DNA of 64,000 bases from an uncultured bacterium (lineage in GTDB: Bacteria > Bacillota_I > Bacilli_A > RFN20 > CAG-826): assembly GCA_949297275.1 (NCBI GenBank), contig CASFQR010000001.1, forward strand, positions 93 through 64,092. Direction: 5' to 3'. A program made the translations under genes and the position numbers. Under the pieces are notes generated by a model. The model was not told where the DNA came from, ran no database searches, and worked only from the letters and a program-made list of their open reading frames with translations. Below are positions 27,941 to 38,189 of the stretch, piece after piece. Every line of letters begins with the position of its first letter. Position 1 is the first letter of the stretch.

Positions 27941-29667
27941 TATCTAAATTCCTCCTCTGATTTATAAGCGCTGGAATTTCTAAAGATCACTAAAGAAATC
28001 GTCGCCGAAATAATAAACATGATGATGCCAATTGCACTACCGATGTTATATTCACTTGACATAATTGTTAGTTTATATAACCAGGTAATCATGATATCGG
28101 TACTAGCAATTTGACCACCGCCATCACCAACAAGGAAGAAAATAACATTAAAGTTATTAATATTATTGACAAAAGAGGTGATTAATAAAGGCGTTGTCAT
28201 AAAGAAAATATAAGGGAAGGTAATTTTAAAGAATTGTTGGGTCTTACTCGCCCCTTCAATTTCCGCTGCTTCATAATTATCTTTAGGAATATTTAATAAT
28301 AAACCAGAAATTAAAAGCATATTATAAGGAATACCAACCCACATATTGATAATAATAATTAAGAAGTGCGATAAACCAGGGGTGGTCCAAAAGGAAATCG
28401 GACTCCCGCCTAACTGCGTAATCCACTCATTAATCGGACCAGCATCACTAAATAAAGAATTCATCACGCGCAAACTGACGAATTGGGGAACCGCCATAAT
28501 AATGACGAACATCGATCGCCATAAAGGTTTAATTTTAACGAGTTTATTGTTTAATAAAACTGCTAAGAAGAAGCCACCAAAATAGCAAGTAAAGGTCGCA
28601 AAGAAGGACCAGATCATCGTCCAAGTAAAGACCGAGGCTAAGTCGCTAAGATGCGCGCCCATATCAAAGAGGGATAAGAAAGAATTAATGCCATCCCAAG
28701 AAAATGTTTCATTACCAATACGGTTCATCCCATTCCAATCAGTAAAGGCAATTAAAATCATGAAAATAATTGGGATAACCGTAAAGGCTATCGCCCCTAA
28801 AATCGGTAAAATTAAATAAATGAAGTAAGCTTGTTTGCCGCTTAAATCTTTCAATTCACCTTTAAAGGTGGCTTGTTTATCATTAACTCTTAAGATTTCA
28901 TAATTGAGAGTTACTCTTTGAGCAGTAAAATAAACAAACGCAAAGAAGAGGATGAGTAAAGCTGTTAAAACAAAATAGACAACTACTTGACGGCGATCAC
29001 CATCATAAGTTCCTAAATTGATAATATTAGTAATTGAACTCGCCCCCATCAAAACCATATAAGCAATAAAGCCAGCTTCAATTAAGAGATAACAAATCCC
29101 TTTAATAAATTGCTTTTCCATTAATTGTGGTAAACCAATTAAAAAATAAGAAGCAATTAAATTAAATTTAGTAATCCCTTTGCCATAGCGGTAAACGGCC
29201 GCTAATTCTTTAAAATAACGGCGAATCTTTAAGAAGAATTTCTTCCCGCCAGTAATAAGGCTAGAAACATTAATATCAATATTATTATTGATGCGATGAA
29301 GTCTAACTAAAGCTTTTCTAAAGCATTGGTAATAACAAACGATATATAAAACAATAAAGAGATAACTGACTGGTGTTAGCCAGATAAAATCTGCGCTGAC
29401 CTGTCCGATAAAAAAACCAGGGAAGAAACCTATATATAAACATAAGGCAACTTCTGCAATCAAAAATAAAAGACCACGGCCAAATAATTTTGTTTTAATA
29501 TCAAAAATGCCATTAAAGATAAAATTCAAAATGATAAAGACTTTATTACTAAGACTAGATTCGCGATAAACGTCTTTAAATTTGGTAAATGGTAAAGTGA
29601 AATTTCGCCAGGCACCGACAATCTTTTCAACAAAAGGATTAACTTTTTTGATTTCTTGATTTTCCAT
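27940..29667 (-). CDS. Sugar ABC transporter permease (MalF/GanP-like) with long N-terminal membrane extension
   Basis: Has the EAA loop 'YEAAEIEGASKTQQFFKITFP'. At 575 aa, it carries extra N-terminal TM helices. Confidence 0.8.
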   Translation of the reverse strand: MENQEIKKVNPFVEKIVGAWRNFTLPFTKFKDVYRESSLSNKVFIILNFIFNGIFDIKTKLFGRGLLFLIAEVALCLYIGFFPGFFIGQVSADFIWLTPVSYLFIVLYIVCYYQCFRKALVRLHRINNNIDINVSSLITGGKKFFLKIRRYFKELAAVYRYGKGITKFNLIASYFLIGLPQLMEKQFIKGICYLLIEAGFIAYMVLMGASSITNIINLGTYDGDRRQVVVYFVLTALLILFFAFVYFTAQRVTLNYEILRVNDKQATFKGELKDLSGKQAYFIYLILPILGAIAFTVIPIIFMILIAFTDWNGMNRIGNETFSWDGINSFLSLFDMGAHLSDLASVFTWTMIWSFFATFTCYFGGFFLAVLLNNKLVKIKPLWRSMFVIIMAVPQFVSLRVMNSLFSDAGPINEWITQLGGSPISFWTTPGLSHFLIIIINMWVGIPYNMLLISGLLLNIPKDNYEAAEIEGASKTQQFFKITFPYIFFMTTPLLITSFVNNINNFNVIFFLVGDGGGQIASTDIMITWLYKLTIMSSEYNIGSAIGIIMFIISATISLVIFRNSSAYKSEEEFR

Positions 29668-29669
29668 TT

Positions 29670-30977
29670 TTATTGATAAGCGAGCATGCTAGCTTCTGCT
29701 TCCTCTAAAACTGCATTAATTGTCTCAGTGGTATAAGACGATAAATTCCATAAATCTTGGCACATCCCATTTACAACACTCCAATAACGCGCGAAATTAG
29801 GCACGCTTGGCATAATGATGCCGTCATCGATATGTTGATCAACAATTGCAGTACATTCATTGCGAGCAACCATCAAAGCTAGTTCAGCAGTCGATGTCGG
29901 ATTCGCAGCCATATATTCATCACTAAGGACTGGGTTTACCCCAATATTAGCACGCGCCATTAAGCATTGAAGATTAGTGGATAAATAATATGCTAATTCG
30001 TGAGCTAAAGATGGATTACGAGAATATCTATTCACGCCATAAGCTTTATAGCCATTGAATGGTTCAGGGATTATATTACCATCTAAAGTAGGTAAAGGAG
30101 CAATCTTAAGATGGTCGGCCAAAGATTCGTTTCTAAGCAAAACATTATAGTTATATGGTGTTGTAATAACAGCATTAACATGAAATTCTGGATTTGTACT
30201 TGTTAAACGGTTGACGGCATTACCAACGATGGCTGGAACAATTAAATCTTTGTAATTAGTGTAAAAATTTAAAAGATTATTAACGTTTTCTTCTGTGGAA
30301 ATTACAAAATCAGTCATGCTATTAGAATAATTGCCTTCGCTATCAATAAAGATGCGAGAATCAGTTAAAAATTGTTTCACATAATAGCCGCTATTCGTGT
30401 TGCTAACAGTTCCATCAATATCCATTAAAACGCGAGCCTTACCACTAGCTTTTAAAGAAGCCCAACTCGTGACATCGCTTGCGCTAAGTTCATTATCTAA
30501 ATAAATAAGAACATTGGTTTCTTGCGCGTAAGGATAGGCGTATAGTTGAGAAATGCCATTCTCATCTTCTACCGATAAGGCATCAAAGGCTTCTGGAGTA
30601 ATAATTTCTTCCATCGCTGGCTCAAATTGGTTTAATGGATCAAATAAATTGTTATCGACAGCAGTTAAAAGCGTGTCATTAACAAAAGCCACTACATCGC
30701 CACCTACGCCACTACTAGCAATTTCCGATAAATTATTAACTGCCGAGCCTTCCTCTTGAGCGTGAAATTCAATCGTTAAAGTACCTTCCATACTCGGATA
30801 ACGTTCCTCGTATTGCCGGATGAACGAAGCACAAAGCTCTTCAATCATGTCTTTGTTTTCTTGGCTATCCCAAACAGTCAAAGTGAAACTACCACCTTGA
30901 TTATAAGGCCGGCAGCCGCTTAACACGACAAGTGGTAGAGCTAGCAAAGCGACATTAAAACATTTTTTTAAAGTCAT
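29670..30977 (-). CDS. Extracellular sugar-binding lipoprotein (family 1 SBP, GanS/CycB-like)
   Basis: Lipobox 'VLSGC'. 435 aa, placed just upstream of the two permease genes. Confidence 0.75.
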   Translation of the reverse strand: MTLKKCFNVALLALPLVVLSGCRPYNQGGSFTLTVWDSQENKDMIEELCASFIRQYEERYPSMEGTLTIEFHAQEEGSAVNNLSEIASSGVGGDVVAFVNDTLLTAVDNNLFDPLNQFEPAMEEIITPEAFDALSVEDENGISQLYAYPYAQETNVLIYLDNELSASDVTSWASLKASGKARVLMDIDGTVSNTNSGYYVKQFLTDSRIFIDSEGNYSNSMTDFVISTEENVNNLLNFYTNYKDLIVPAIVGNAVNRLTSTNPEFHVNAVITTPYNYNVLLRNESLADHLKIAPLPTLDGNIIPEPFNGYKAYGVNRYSRNPSLAHELAYYLSTNLQCLMARANIGVNPVLSDEYMAANPTSTAELALMVARNECTAIVDQHIDDGIIMPSVPNFARYWSVVNGMCQDLWNLSSYTTETINAVLEEAEASMLAYQ

Positions 30978-32128
30978 TTTTCGTTTCCTCCTTTAATAAA
31001 TGTTTGAAATATTTTTAATGAGTCTAAAGCAAGGCCCCCTTCACTAAATAAGCCTTGGTTAGCCCATTCATTTCCAAAATCTTTATATTCATGGATATAA
31101 TCCATCGCCTCTAGCGATGACCAGCTTGTACCCGCGACATTTATCCATGCGGGTTCCCAATAATAAAAACCACGAACATCATATTTTCTTAATAAGTGAT
31201 ATAAATCACTAATAAATTGTTGTTGACCAGTTAAATCGTAAGAATAAGGCACAACATTTGTTTCTTTATGTTTACCTTCAACGATAATTAATGGTAGTTC
31301 TTTTAGTTCTTGATCATAAATTTTATGTGAAGAAGAAGCAAAAGAATATTCTACTAACATCGCTTCTTTATGATATTTATTCTTAATTAAGGCGATGGTT
31401 TTTTCTAAATTTGCTAAGGTCGAATGCCAATAAGGATAATAAGAGAAACCTAAAATATCATAGGGCACATGATATTTTTCTAAGCGACTTAAAAATTCAT
31501 CATATAAAGGGGTGTTACCACTATTTTCTAAATGAACGATGGTTTTGATAGTAGGATAAATTTCTTTGCTTGCAAGTATACCTTGATTTAAAATCGCCGC
31601 TAAAGCAGCAAAATTATCCAGCAAATCGCCATTATTTTTAGTTAATTTACCAAATGGCCAAAGCATTCCGTTAGTGACCTCATTACCAATTTGAATATAT
31701 TCTAAATTTAGATAATGCTTTTTAAATTCTAATAAAGTAGCTTGCGTGTATTCTTTTACTTTAATTAATAATTCATCTAGCGATTGCACATTTTGCCAAG
31801 CTTTTGGTAAAGTCTGTTTACCTGGATCAACCCAAAAATCACTATAATGAATATCTAACATTATTGATAAGCCTAATTCCTGCGCGCGTTTCGCCAATAA
31901 GAGGGCTTTATTTAAATCAACCGTCCCTCCTAAATAAGGTTCTCCCTCCTCAGTGTAGGGATTAAGCCATAAGCGAATGCGCGTCGCATTAAAGCCGTGT
32001 TCTTTTAAAAGCGTAAATAATTCTTTTTTCTGACCATCAAAATCATAAAAAGATGCACCTAAAGATTCTAATTCAATTAGACTAGAAGCATCAAAACCAA
32101 TTTTAAATTCTTTATCGGACATAGACAT
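30974..32128 (-). CDS. GH53 endo-beta-1,4-galactanase homologue without a signal peptide (cytoplasmic)
   Basis: GH53 blocks 'GFDASSLIELESLGASFYD', 'DIHYSDFWVDPGKQTLPKAW', 'IQIGNEV' and 'MLVEYSFA'. The N-terminus 'MSMSDKEF' has no signal or lipobox. Confidence 0.85.
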   Translation of the reverse strand: MSMSDKEFKIGFDASSLIELESLGASFYDFDGQKKELFTLLKEHGFNATRIRLWLNPYTEEGEPYLGGTVDLNKALLLAKRAQELGLSIMLDIHYSDFWVDPGKQTLPKAWQNVQSLDELLIKVKEYTQATLLEFKKHYLNLEYIQIGNEVTNGMLWPFGKLTKNNGDLLDNFAALAAILNQGILASKEIYPTIKTIVHLENSGNTPLYDEFLSRLEKYHVPYDILGFSYYPYWHSTLANLEKTIALIKNKYHKEAMLVEYSFASSSHKIYDQELKELPLIIVEGKHKETNVVPYSYDLTGQQQFISDLYHLLRKYDVRGFYYWEPAWINVAGTSWSSLEAMDYIHEYKDFGNEWANQGLFSEGGLALDSLKIFQTFIKGGNEK

Positions 32129-32876
32129 CTAAACAAATCTCCAATATTTCTTTTAATAATTTTTCATTGCTTGCGACAACAAAACTCGAATTTAATGATT
32201 CTAAAGAAAGGGGGTAACCTAAATAAGTCGCGCTGACTAGACCAAGATTTTTTAAGATGAAGGCTCCGCCTAAATAATCCCATAACGAGAGATGATATTC
32301 TAAAAAGGCATCTAATTTCCCTAAGGCGACATTTAAGATGTTGATCGCGGTGGAACCGCTTCTTCTAAGATCGAGACATTTCATAAATAATCTCTCGACC
32401 ATCATCCCTAATCTTTTAGAATCTTTTTGATATGGTGAAGTTCCTAAATCAATTAAAGCATGTCGCAAATCTCTTTTTTCTCCTTGATAAAGATATTCTT
32501 GACCATTTAAATAAACTTTATTCCCGTAACTAGAAAGCAATAAATCATTCGTAAAATCGTATATTGCCCCATAGACGACTTCTTGATCCTTAACATAGGC
32601 TAAAGTGAGGCCATAAGGATAAATACCTCTTAAAAAATTAGTCGTTCCATCAAGCGGATCAATGACAAAATAATTTGAGGAGAAACTCTTTTCTTTTTCT
32701 TCTAAAACAAAAGTCGCGTCTTTAAATAATTTAGATAATTCTAAAACGAGAAAATCTTCAATTTGAACATCGATGGAAGTGACAAAATTGGCAAAACCTT
32801 TTTCTTCGACTAGAAAATCTTTCTTAAGAAAATCTTTTGTCTTATAAATAATCGCATCAATTGAAGAATAGTCCAT
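32112..32876 (-). CDS. Inositol-monophosphatase-family sugar phosphatase
   Basis: Motifs 'VIDPLDGTTNFLRG' and 'WDYLGGAFIL' (the WD..GG block). Confidence 0.8.
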   Translation of the reverse strand: MDYSSIDAIIYKTKDFLKKDFLVEEKGFANFVTSIDVQIEDFLVLELSKLFKDATFVLEEKEKSFSSNYFVIDPLDGTTNFLRGIYPYGLTLAYVKDQEVVYGAIYDFTNDLLLSSYGNKVYLNGQEYLYQGEKRDLRHALIDLGTSPYQKDSKRLGMMVERLFMKCLDLRRSGSTAINILNVALGKLDAFLEYHLSLWDYLGGAFILKNLGLVSATYLGYPLSLESLNSSFVVASNEKLLKEILEICLDVYVR

Positions 32877-32878
32877 TT

Positions 32879-33094
32879 TTAATCCTCAAATTTAGTTAGG
32901 CGTGTATGCATTAATTTATATTTACTTTTATGTTCTTCATAACGCCTTAAAATATCTTCTTCGTTTCCTCTATAGTTACAGCGAAGGCAATAATATTCGC
33001 GCTTATTTTCATCATAAAATAAGTCAATATCGATATCGCGATTAAAGCAACAGGGACAACGATAATTTAATGGGCCTTTTTTACCTTGAGACAT
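32879..33094 (-). CDS. Small zinc-ribbon protein
   Basis: 71 aa with two CxxC pairs, 'YRCPCCFN' and 'YYCLRCNY'. The start overlaps the upstream gene, and a 2-nt gap separates it from the downstream gene. Confidence 0.4.
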   Translation of the reverse strand: MSQGKKGPLNYRCPCCFNRDIDIDLFYDENKREYYCLRCNYRGNEEDILRRYEEHKSKYKLMHTRLTKFED

Positions 33095-34890
33095 GTGCTA
33101 AAAGCCTCCTTATTCTTTAAAATTTTCTTTACTCCTAAAGTAAACATTGGGGAGAAAGCATAGCCTTCATTGACATAGGCTAAATAATTATTTGAATCGC
33201 TATTCATCTCTAAAAGAGTGTCAATCTGCGGGATTTTTACTTTAGCAACCGCATCCTTTTCTTCTAAGTGACGGCATTTATATTCATAGAAAAGAGTTTG
33301 ATTATTCACGCTTAAAGTAATGCCATGCATATCTAAAGAATATTCTGTCGTGCCATAAGCCCCCACAAGATATTCATTTAGTTCAATCTCCGCGTCTATG
33401 TTTGTGTCACTAATTTCGCGAATAGTTTGAATGACCCCGCTATTTTCTTCGATAATAAATTTGGAAACGATAGTGACATGGACATCATCGTGGAAATCAA
33501 TTGTCACCGGATCTAAAGTTAAAATCTTTTTGTGAGGTAAAGATTCTAAATGTCCTTTCGTGCGGCAAAGGGCTAAATCAACTGTTTCGCCATCATAAGT
33601 CACTTTACAAGATTTTAAAGTTCCTTCCCCTTTATAATGGGTAAAATAACCCGCGCGATAATTCGCCTGAATAATATAAGGGAAAGAGGCATCATAAATG
33701 TGATCTGTGCCAATGCCAGTTGGCCAATATAGTTTTGAAGCATATGGTCTAAAATCAATCATCGCACCCGATTGATTCATATCTAAACAAAATCTAAATG
33801 ATGGATCATAATACCAAAATAATTGCTTATCACCGCCATAAAGAATATCGTTCCATAAGGCAACTTCTGGTTCGCCGTAATATTTATTTTGGCGATAAAA
33901 ATCTGCGAATTCCGCCATCGTCATATCGACGAGTTGACCAGCCTTTTTTAATTGACCATAATAAGCCATTCCATCTTCATAAGATTTAAGTAATAACTCA
34001 TAAGGGGCTTCCCAGCGACCCATTTTATTCATCCAGCCAGGTCCAACAAACATCATGTTATAAGATAGTCCATTATTAAATTTGCCTAAGTGGCGATATT
34101 GATCAACTAAATTATAGAAATAAGGGAATTCCCAAGTATCTTTATCATAAATTAAGCCGCGAAGAACATTTTGGGGATGAGTGCCAAAATTCGACCCATT
34201 ACCGTCAAAACACGCTAAGATGTCTCTTGATAAATGCGGAATAGCGACAATACCACTATCGTCATCTTTATTCATCGCTGGGATATGCGAATTAATTTTG
34301 GAAGGAATCCAAGGAGCCCAAGGACCACCATCCATAAAGGTATACCAAGAATTATTACAAGTATGATAAGCCTTAGGACCTTCTTCCCAACAAGTTGCGA
34401 CCGCAGCTTTTATTGAAGGATATTTTGCTTTAATGTAGTTGATTAAATCCGCGTCCATAAAATAAGAACCAGTTGACATCGGATAAAAGCCAAACTTTTC
34501 TTTAAAAAGCCCAAAAACATCATCAACGATTCTTTCTTTATCTTCTTTTGAAAACATCCAAATGCAGAAATCTTTAGTGTGATATTTCTTTTCAAATTGT
34601 TCACAGGGTAAACCTAGCAAAGTTAAAGCAATTTCATCACCATATTTTTCATGATCGGCTTTCGCTAAGCGAACAGCTTCATCATTAAATAAAGAGGCAT
34701 AAGTCATTTGGATGGTTGTTTTAATGCCATTTTGATGAGCGATTCTTTGTTGGGTAATAAAGATATCAAGACTTTCTTTTAATAAGCTTTGATTCGTTAA
34801 ATTATCTTTATCACTGCTGAGAGCTTTTTCAGCATATTCAGGGACCATTTCTGGTCGATGAATCACATTTAAAACAAAAGTATCCTTCAT
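33067..34890 (-). CDS. Conserved-looking cytoplasmic protein of unknown function (candidate novel glycan-processing enzyme)
   Basis: 607-aa uninterrupted ORF with no signal peptide, embedded between GH53 genes. It is rich in aromatic residues (W, Y, F), but I recognise no family motif. Confidence 0.5.
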   Translation of the reverse strand: MKDTFVLNVIHRPEMVPEYAEKALSSDKDNLTNQSLLKESLDIFITQQRIAHQNGIKTTIQMTYASLFNDEAVRLAKADHEKYGDEIALTLLGLPCEQFEKKYHTKDFCIWMFSKEDKERIVDDVFGLFKEKFGFYPMSTGSYFMDADLINYIKAKYPSIKAAVATCWEEGPKAYHTCNNSWYTFMDGGPWAPWIPSKINSHIPAMNKDDDSGIVAIPHLSRDILACFDGNGSNFGTHPQNVLRGLIYDKDTWEFPYFYNLVDQYRHLGKFNNGLSYNMMFVGPGWMNKMGRWEAPYELLLKSYEDGMAYYGQLKKAGQLVDMTMAEFADFYRQNKYYGEPEVALWNDILYGGDKQLFWYYDPSFRFCLDMNQSGAMIDFRPYASKLYWPTGIGTDHIYDASFPYIIQANYRAGYFTHYKGEGTLKSCKVTYDGETVDLALCRTKGHLESLPHKKILTLDPVTIDFHDDVHVTIVSKFIIEENSGVIQTIREISDTNIDAEIELNEYLVGAYGTTEYSLDMHGITLSVNNQTLFYEYKCRHLEEKDAVAKVKIPQIDTLLEMNSDSNNYLAYVNEGYAFSPMFTLGVKKILKNKEAFSTCLKVKKAH

Positions 34891-34909
34891 AATTTTAATT
34901 CTTTCTAAT

Positions 34910-37126
34910 TTAATTCACTTTGACTAATTCAAAGTCGTCAATATGTCCCCAGCTTTCAGCCGCGAAATTCTCCGCGCGCATCCCAATGCGAACAGTTGTC
35001 TCTTCAGCTAAAGTGAAAGTTAAAGTCAAGGCACGATAACCATTAGCCCAGCCAGTCATATTACTTGTTGCATCTACGCTTGCTAAATCACTATCACTCG
35101 CACTCGCATACATTTCAAATTTATCGACAGTATATTGTGTATCTAACAAAATACCCATTACATAGGTAGTTAATTTATAATTACCGGCTTCTAAAGCAAT
35201 TTCTTGTCCAAAATTGAAACTAAAGCTCGCGCTTGGATAATAGAAATTAACATCAGTTGTGCCAGTGCGTACATCGACTGGTTTACGATTTAATTTGACT
35301 ACTTTTTCTCCTATCGGCGAAGAAGAATAAATCGTCCAAGCGCCACCTAAATTGTCACTAGTAGAAGTATTGATTTGATCTTCAAAACCGCCGTCGATAA
35401 TAAAGTTTTGAATAACAGTTAAAGCTAAATTGATTGTCGAGCGACCATCGGTTGGATTATTTGTGCCCCAATCAATAAAGCCCGAAAGAGTATAAACGCC
35501 ATCTTGATCGCGGAATTCATCAACATCGCGATCCCAAATAATTTCATAATTACGAATCGCGTCTAAATTAGTTTCGACTTTGACAGTAGATGGTAAATCA
35601 TCATTTTCATCCGCGCGATTTAAAGTATAAGAAAGTGAAGCATCACGATATTTTAAAGGAATTTCTTCAGTTGGATTTTTACCTTCTAATAAATATGAAT
35701 AAGTATATAAACTAGCGAGCGCTTGCCCATTATAATCAAAGAAACCTTGATTAGCCCATGTCGAGCGATATAAGTTGTTTTCTTCGTTGCCTTTAATTGC
35801 ATCTAAACGACTTTGATCGTTATTGTAATTTTTATAACATAAGCCATATTCAGTAGCCCAACCACCAGTCGTTTCAACAATGCTAGTTCCAGCCACTTCA
35901 ATAAATTTCGTATTTGTTGGAATCCAACAAGGTTCCCAATAGAAGACACCTAAACCCATGTTATTAGGTACTTTAACAACTGTATCAACAACATCGCGTA
36001 AGCAAGTCATTTGACCTTGAACAGAAGTTAAGAAACCACCATCATCTTCAAAGGAAGAATTGAAGGTGTTACCAATATTAGGATTATCATCATCGGTGGT
36101 ATTACCATAACTAACTTCCATTACCATGACTGGTTTATTAAATTTAGCCGCGCATTGATTTAAATTGTTTTGAAGTAAATCTAATGAGCCATGATAGAAA
36201 GGATAATAAGAAGCCCCGATAATATCATAAGGAACTTCTCTTGCTTCTAAATAACTAAAATAGGCTTCAAATTCATCCCACGATCCACCATTTGCAAGAT
36301 GAATAATAGTATAAATATCATCGTTAACACTACGGACACCTTTAATGCCGGCAGTTAAAATTGATGCGACATTATCAAATGATTCTTCCGCGTTTGCCCA
36401 ATCAATATCGCCAAAGCCATCAATTAAGCCGTTATTAATTTCATTGCCAATTTGGACAGCGTTAACAGTGACACCTGCATCAGCAAAGGCTTGAATGGCG
36501 TTACGTGAAAATTCTTCTACTTGGACAAGTAATTCATCCATGCTTAAAGACTGCCAAGCTTTAGGGGCAACTTGATAATCAGGATCAGCCCAGAAATCAC
36601 TATAATGGAAGTCAACTAAAATATTCATCCCAACTTCCTGCGCGCGTTTAGCCATCTCGATATCATTTTCTAAATTATTCGTGCCACCACCATAAGAAAT
36701 AGCTGCAGCCGTGCCGGTGGTCGGATCATTCCATAAACGCATACGGAAATAATTCGCTCCGCCTTCTTTTAAGAGGGTGAAGATATCGGTTTGATAACCA
36801 TCTTCGTCATACCAAACGCCACCAGTTTCTTCAAGATCATGAATCATCGAAGCATCAACGCCAAAAGCAAAATCATCACGAGTAGCTAAACCATTAACAG
36901 GATTAACAACTACTTGAGCAAATTGTTCGCTGCGATCGAGAGGATTTTCCATTCTGGTCGTGGTATGAGGTTTTAAATTTTCTTCGTTTTCATACTCGAA
37001 ATGAATGTTTGTGTGAGGCGTTAATTTTTCATTGCCGCTCGGAGCAGTCGAAGTTGAATCTTCGTCGCAACTAGCCAAGGCAAAAAGTAAAGCCACACTA
37101 CTTAACACCAAAAGACTTTTTTTCAT
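34910..37126 (-). CDS. Secreted lipoprotein GH53 endo-beta-1,4-galactanase with C-terminal CBM-like modules
   Basis: Lipobox 'LFALASC'. GH53 blocks 'FGVDASMIHDLEETGGVWYD', 'DFHYSDFWADPDYQVAPKAW', 'VQIGNEI' and 'VMVMEVSYG'. The C-terminal module starts 'NFIIDGGFEDQ'. Confidence 0.9.
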   Translation of the reverse strand: MKKSLLVLSSVALLFALASCDEDSTSTAPSGNEKLTPHTNIHFEYENEENLKPHTTTRMENPLDRSEQFAQVVVNPVNGLATRDDFAFGVDASMIHDLEETGGVWYDEDGYQTDIFTLLKEGGANYFRMRLWNDPTTGTAAAISYGGGTNNLENDIEMAKRAQEVGMNILVDFHYSDFWADPDYQVAPKAWQSLSMDELLVQVEEFSRNAIQAFADAGVTVNAVQIGNEINNGLIDGFGDIDWANAEESFDNVASILTAGIKGVRSVNDDIYTIIHLANGGSWDEFEAYFSYLEAREVPYDIIGASYYPFYHGSLDLLQNNLNQCAAKFNKPVMVMEVSYGNTTDDDNPNIGNTFNSSFEDDGGFLTSVQGQMTCLRDVVDTVVKVPNNMGLGVFYWEPCWIPTNTKFIEVAGTSIVETTGGWATEYGLCYKNYNNDQSRLDAIKGNEENNLYRSTWANQGFFDYNGQALASLYTYSYLLEGKNPTEEIPLKYRDASLSYTLNRADENDDLPSTVKVETNLDAIRNYEIIWDRDVDEFRDQDGVYTLSGFIDWGTNNPTDGRSTINLALTVIQNFIIDGGFEDQINTSTSDNLGGAWTIYSSSPIGEKVVKLNRKPVDVRTGTTDVNFYYPSASFSFNFGQEIALEAGNYKLTTYVMGILLDTQYTVDKFEMYASASDSDLASVDATSNMTGWANGYRALTLTFTLAEETTVRIGMRAENFAAESWGHIDDFELVKVN

Positions 37127-37980
37127 TGATTTTTTCTCCTTTCGTTTTTGATGTATTCGGTTGGATTAACACCATAATATTTTTTAAAATCATTTGAAAA
37201 ATATAATGATGATTGATAACCACATTTCGCGGATATATCTTTTATCTTTAAATGCGTGCCATGCATTAAAGAAATCGCGACTGACATGCGAACTTTCTTT
37301 AAATAAGTAATGGTTGAAATACCTTCAACTGATTTAAAAATCGCTGATAAATATTCAGGAGTAACCGCGACATCATTTGCAATATCTTTAACTGAAATAT
37401 CGTGTTCATAATTATTTGAAATAAAATCTTTCGCCCGATTAATAATCGCAATTTTACTCGAGGCTTTTTCGTGCGTTAAACGATTATTACTTAAACTTAA
37501 TAAATAGAAAAATTTAAACATGATCGATAATAAAAACAAATCGCGATAAATAGTGGTATCGTTATAGCATTGGAATAAATCAGATAAATTTCTTAAAAAG
37601 ACGGGTTCATTTGATTTAAAGACAGGGTGTTCGAGTGATAAACCACTATCGCGGAGAAATTCCTCTGCTCTTAAACCATTAAAACCAACCCAAATATATT
37701 CCCAAGGATCTTGACTATTAGGATAATAATTTGCATTGGAATTAGGCGGAATAAAGAATAAACCGCCTCTTTCTAAACAGTATTTACGTTGATTAATTTC
37801 AAAATAGCCTTCACCTGATAGTACAAAGTGGATTAAATAGTAATCTTTGGTCGAATAAACAAATCTCTTAGTCGAGATACATTTTTCATAACCGAATTCT
37901 TGGATAACGAAGTCAAGAGAATTTTTCATATTATCTGTAAGCGCTTTCATTATAAAATATTTAATTTTACACAAGGGCAA
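37123..37980 (-). CDS. AraC-family transcriptional regulator (cupin sensor + HTH_18)
   Basis: The C-terminus 'ISVKDIANDVAVTPEYLSAIFK...IKDISAKCGYQSSLYFSNDFKKYYGVNPTEY' is the AraC double HTH. The true start is probably the internal Met of 'MKALTDNMK'. Confidence 0.85.
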   Translation of the reverse strand: MPLCKIKYFIMKALTDNMKNSLDFVIQEFGYEKCISTKRFVYSTKDYYLIHFVLSGEGYFEINQRKYCLERGGLFFIPPNSNANYYPNSQDPWEYIWVGFNGLRAEEFLRDSGLSLEHPVFKSNEPVFLRNLSDLFQCYNDTTIYRDLFLLSIMFKFFYLLSLSNNRLTHEKASSKIAIINRAKDFISNNYEHDISVKDIANDVAVTPEYLSAIFKSVEGISTITYLKKVRMSVAISLMHGTHLKIKDISAKCGYQSSLYFSNDFKKYYGVNPTEYIKNERRKNQ

Positions 37981-38132
37981 AAAGATAATATTTTTTAATA
38001 TTTTTTATATATCGCGCATTTGTTTTTTATATATTTTATCTATAAAAAAGTTAATATTAATCGCGCTTTTCAAAATATTATATTATTTTTTTATATACAT
38101 GAATTTTTATTTAACTTAGATTTTTATATAAG

Positions 38133-38176
38133 AAAATCCCGGCATTTTATTACTTTTGAAGAATTGCCGGGATTTT
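38133..38176. terminator. Terminator hairpin downstream of the MsmK-like ATPase gene
   Basis: 12-bp arms AAAATCCCGGCA (38133-38144) and TGCCGGGATTTT (38165-38176). T-rich sequence follows on both strands. Confidence 0.6.
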
Positions 38177-38189
38177 TGCTTAGTAAATT

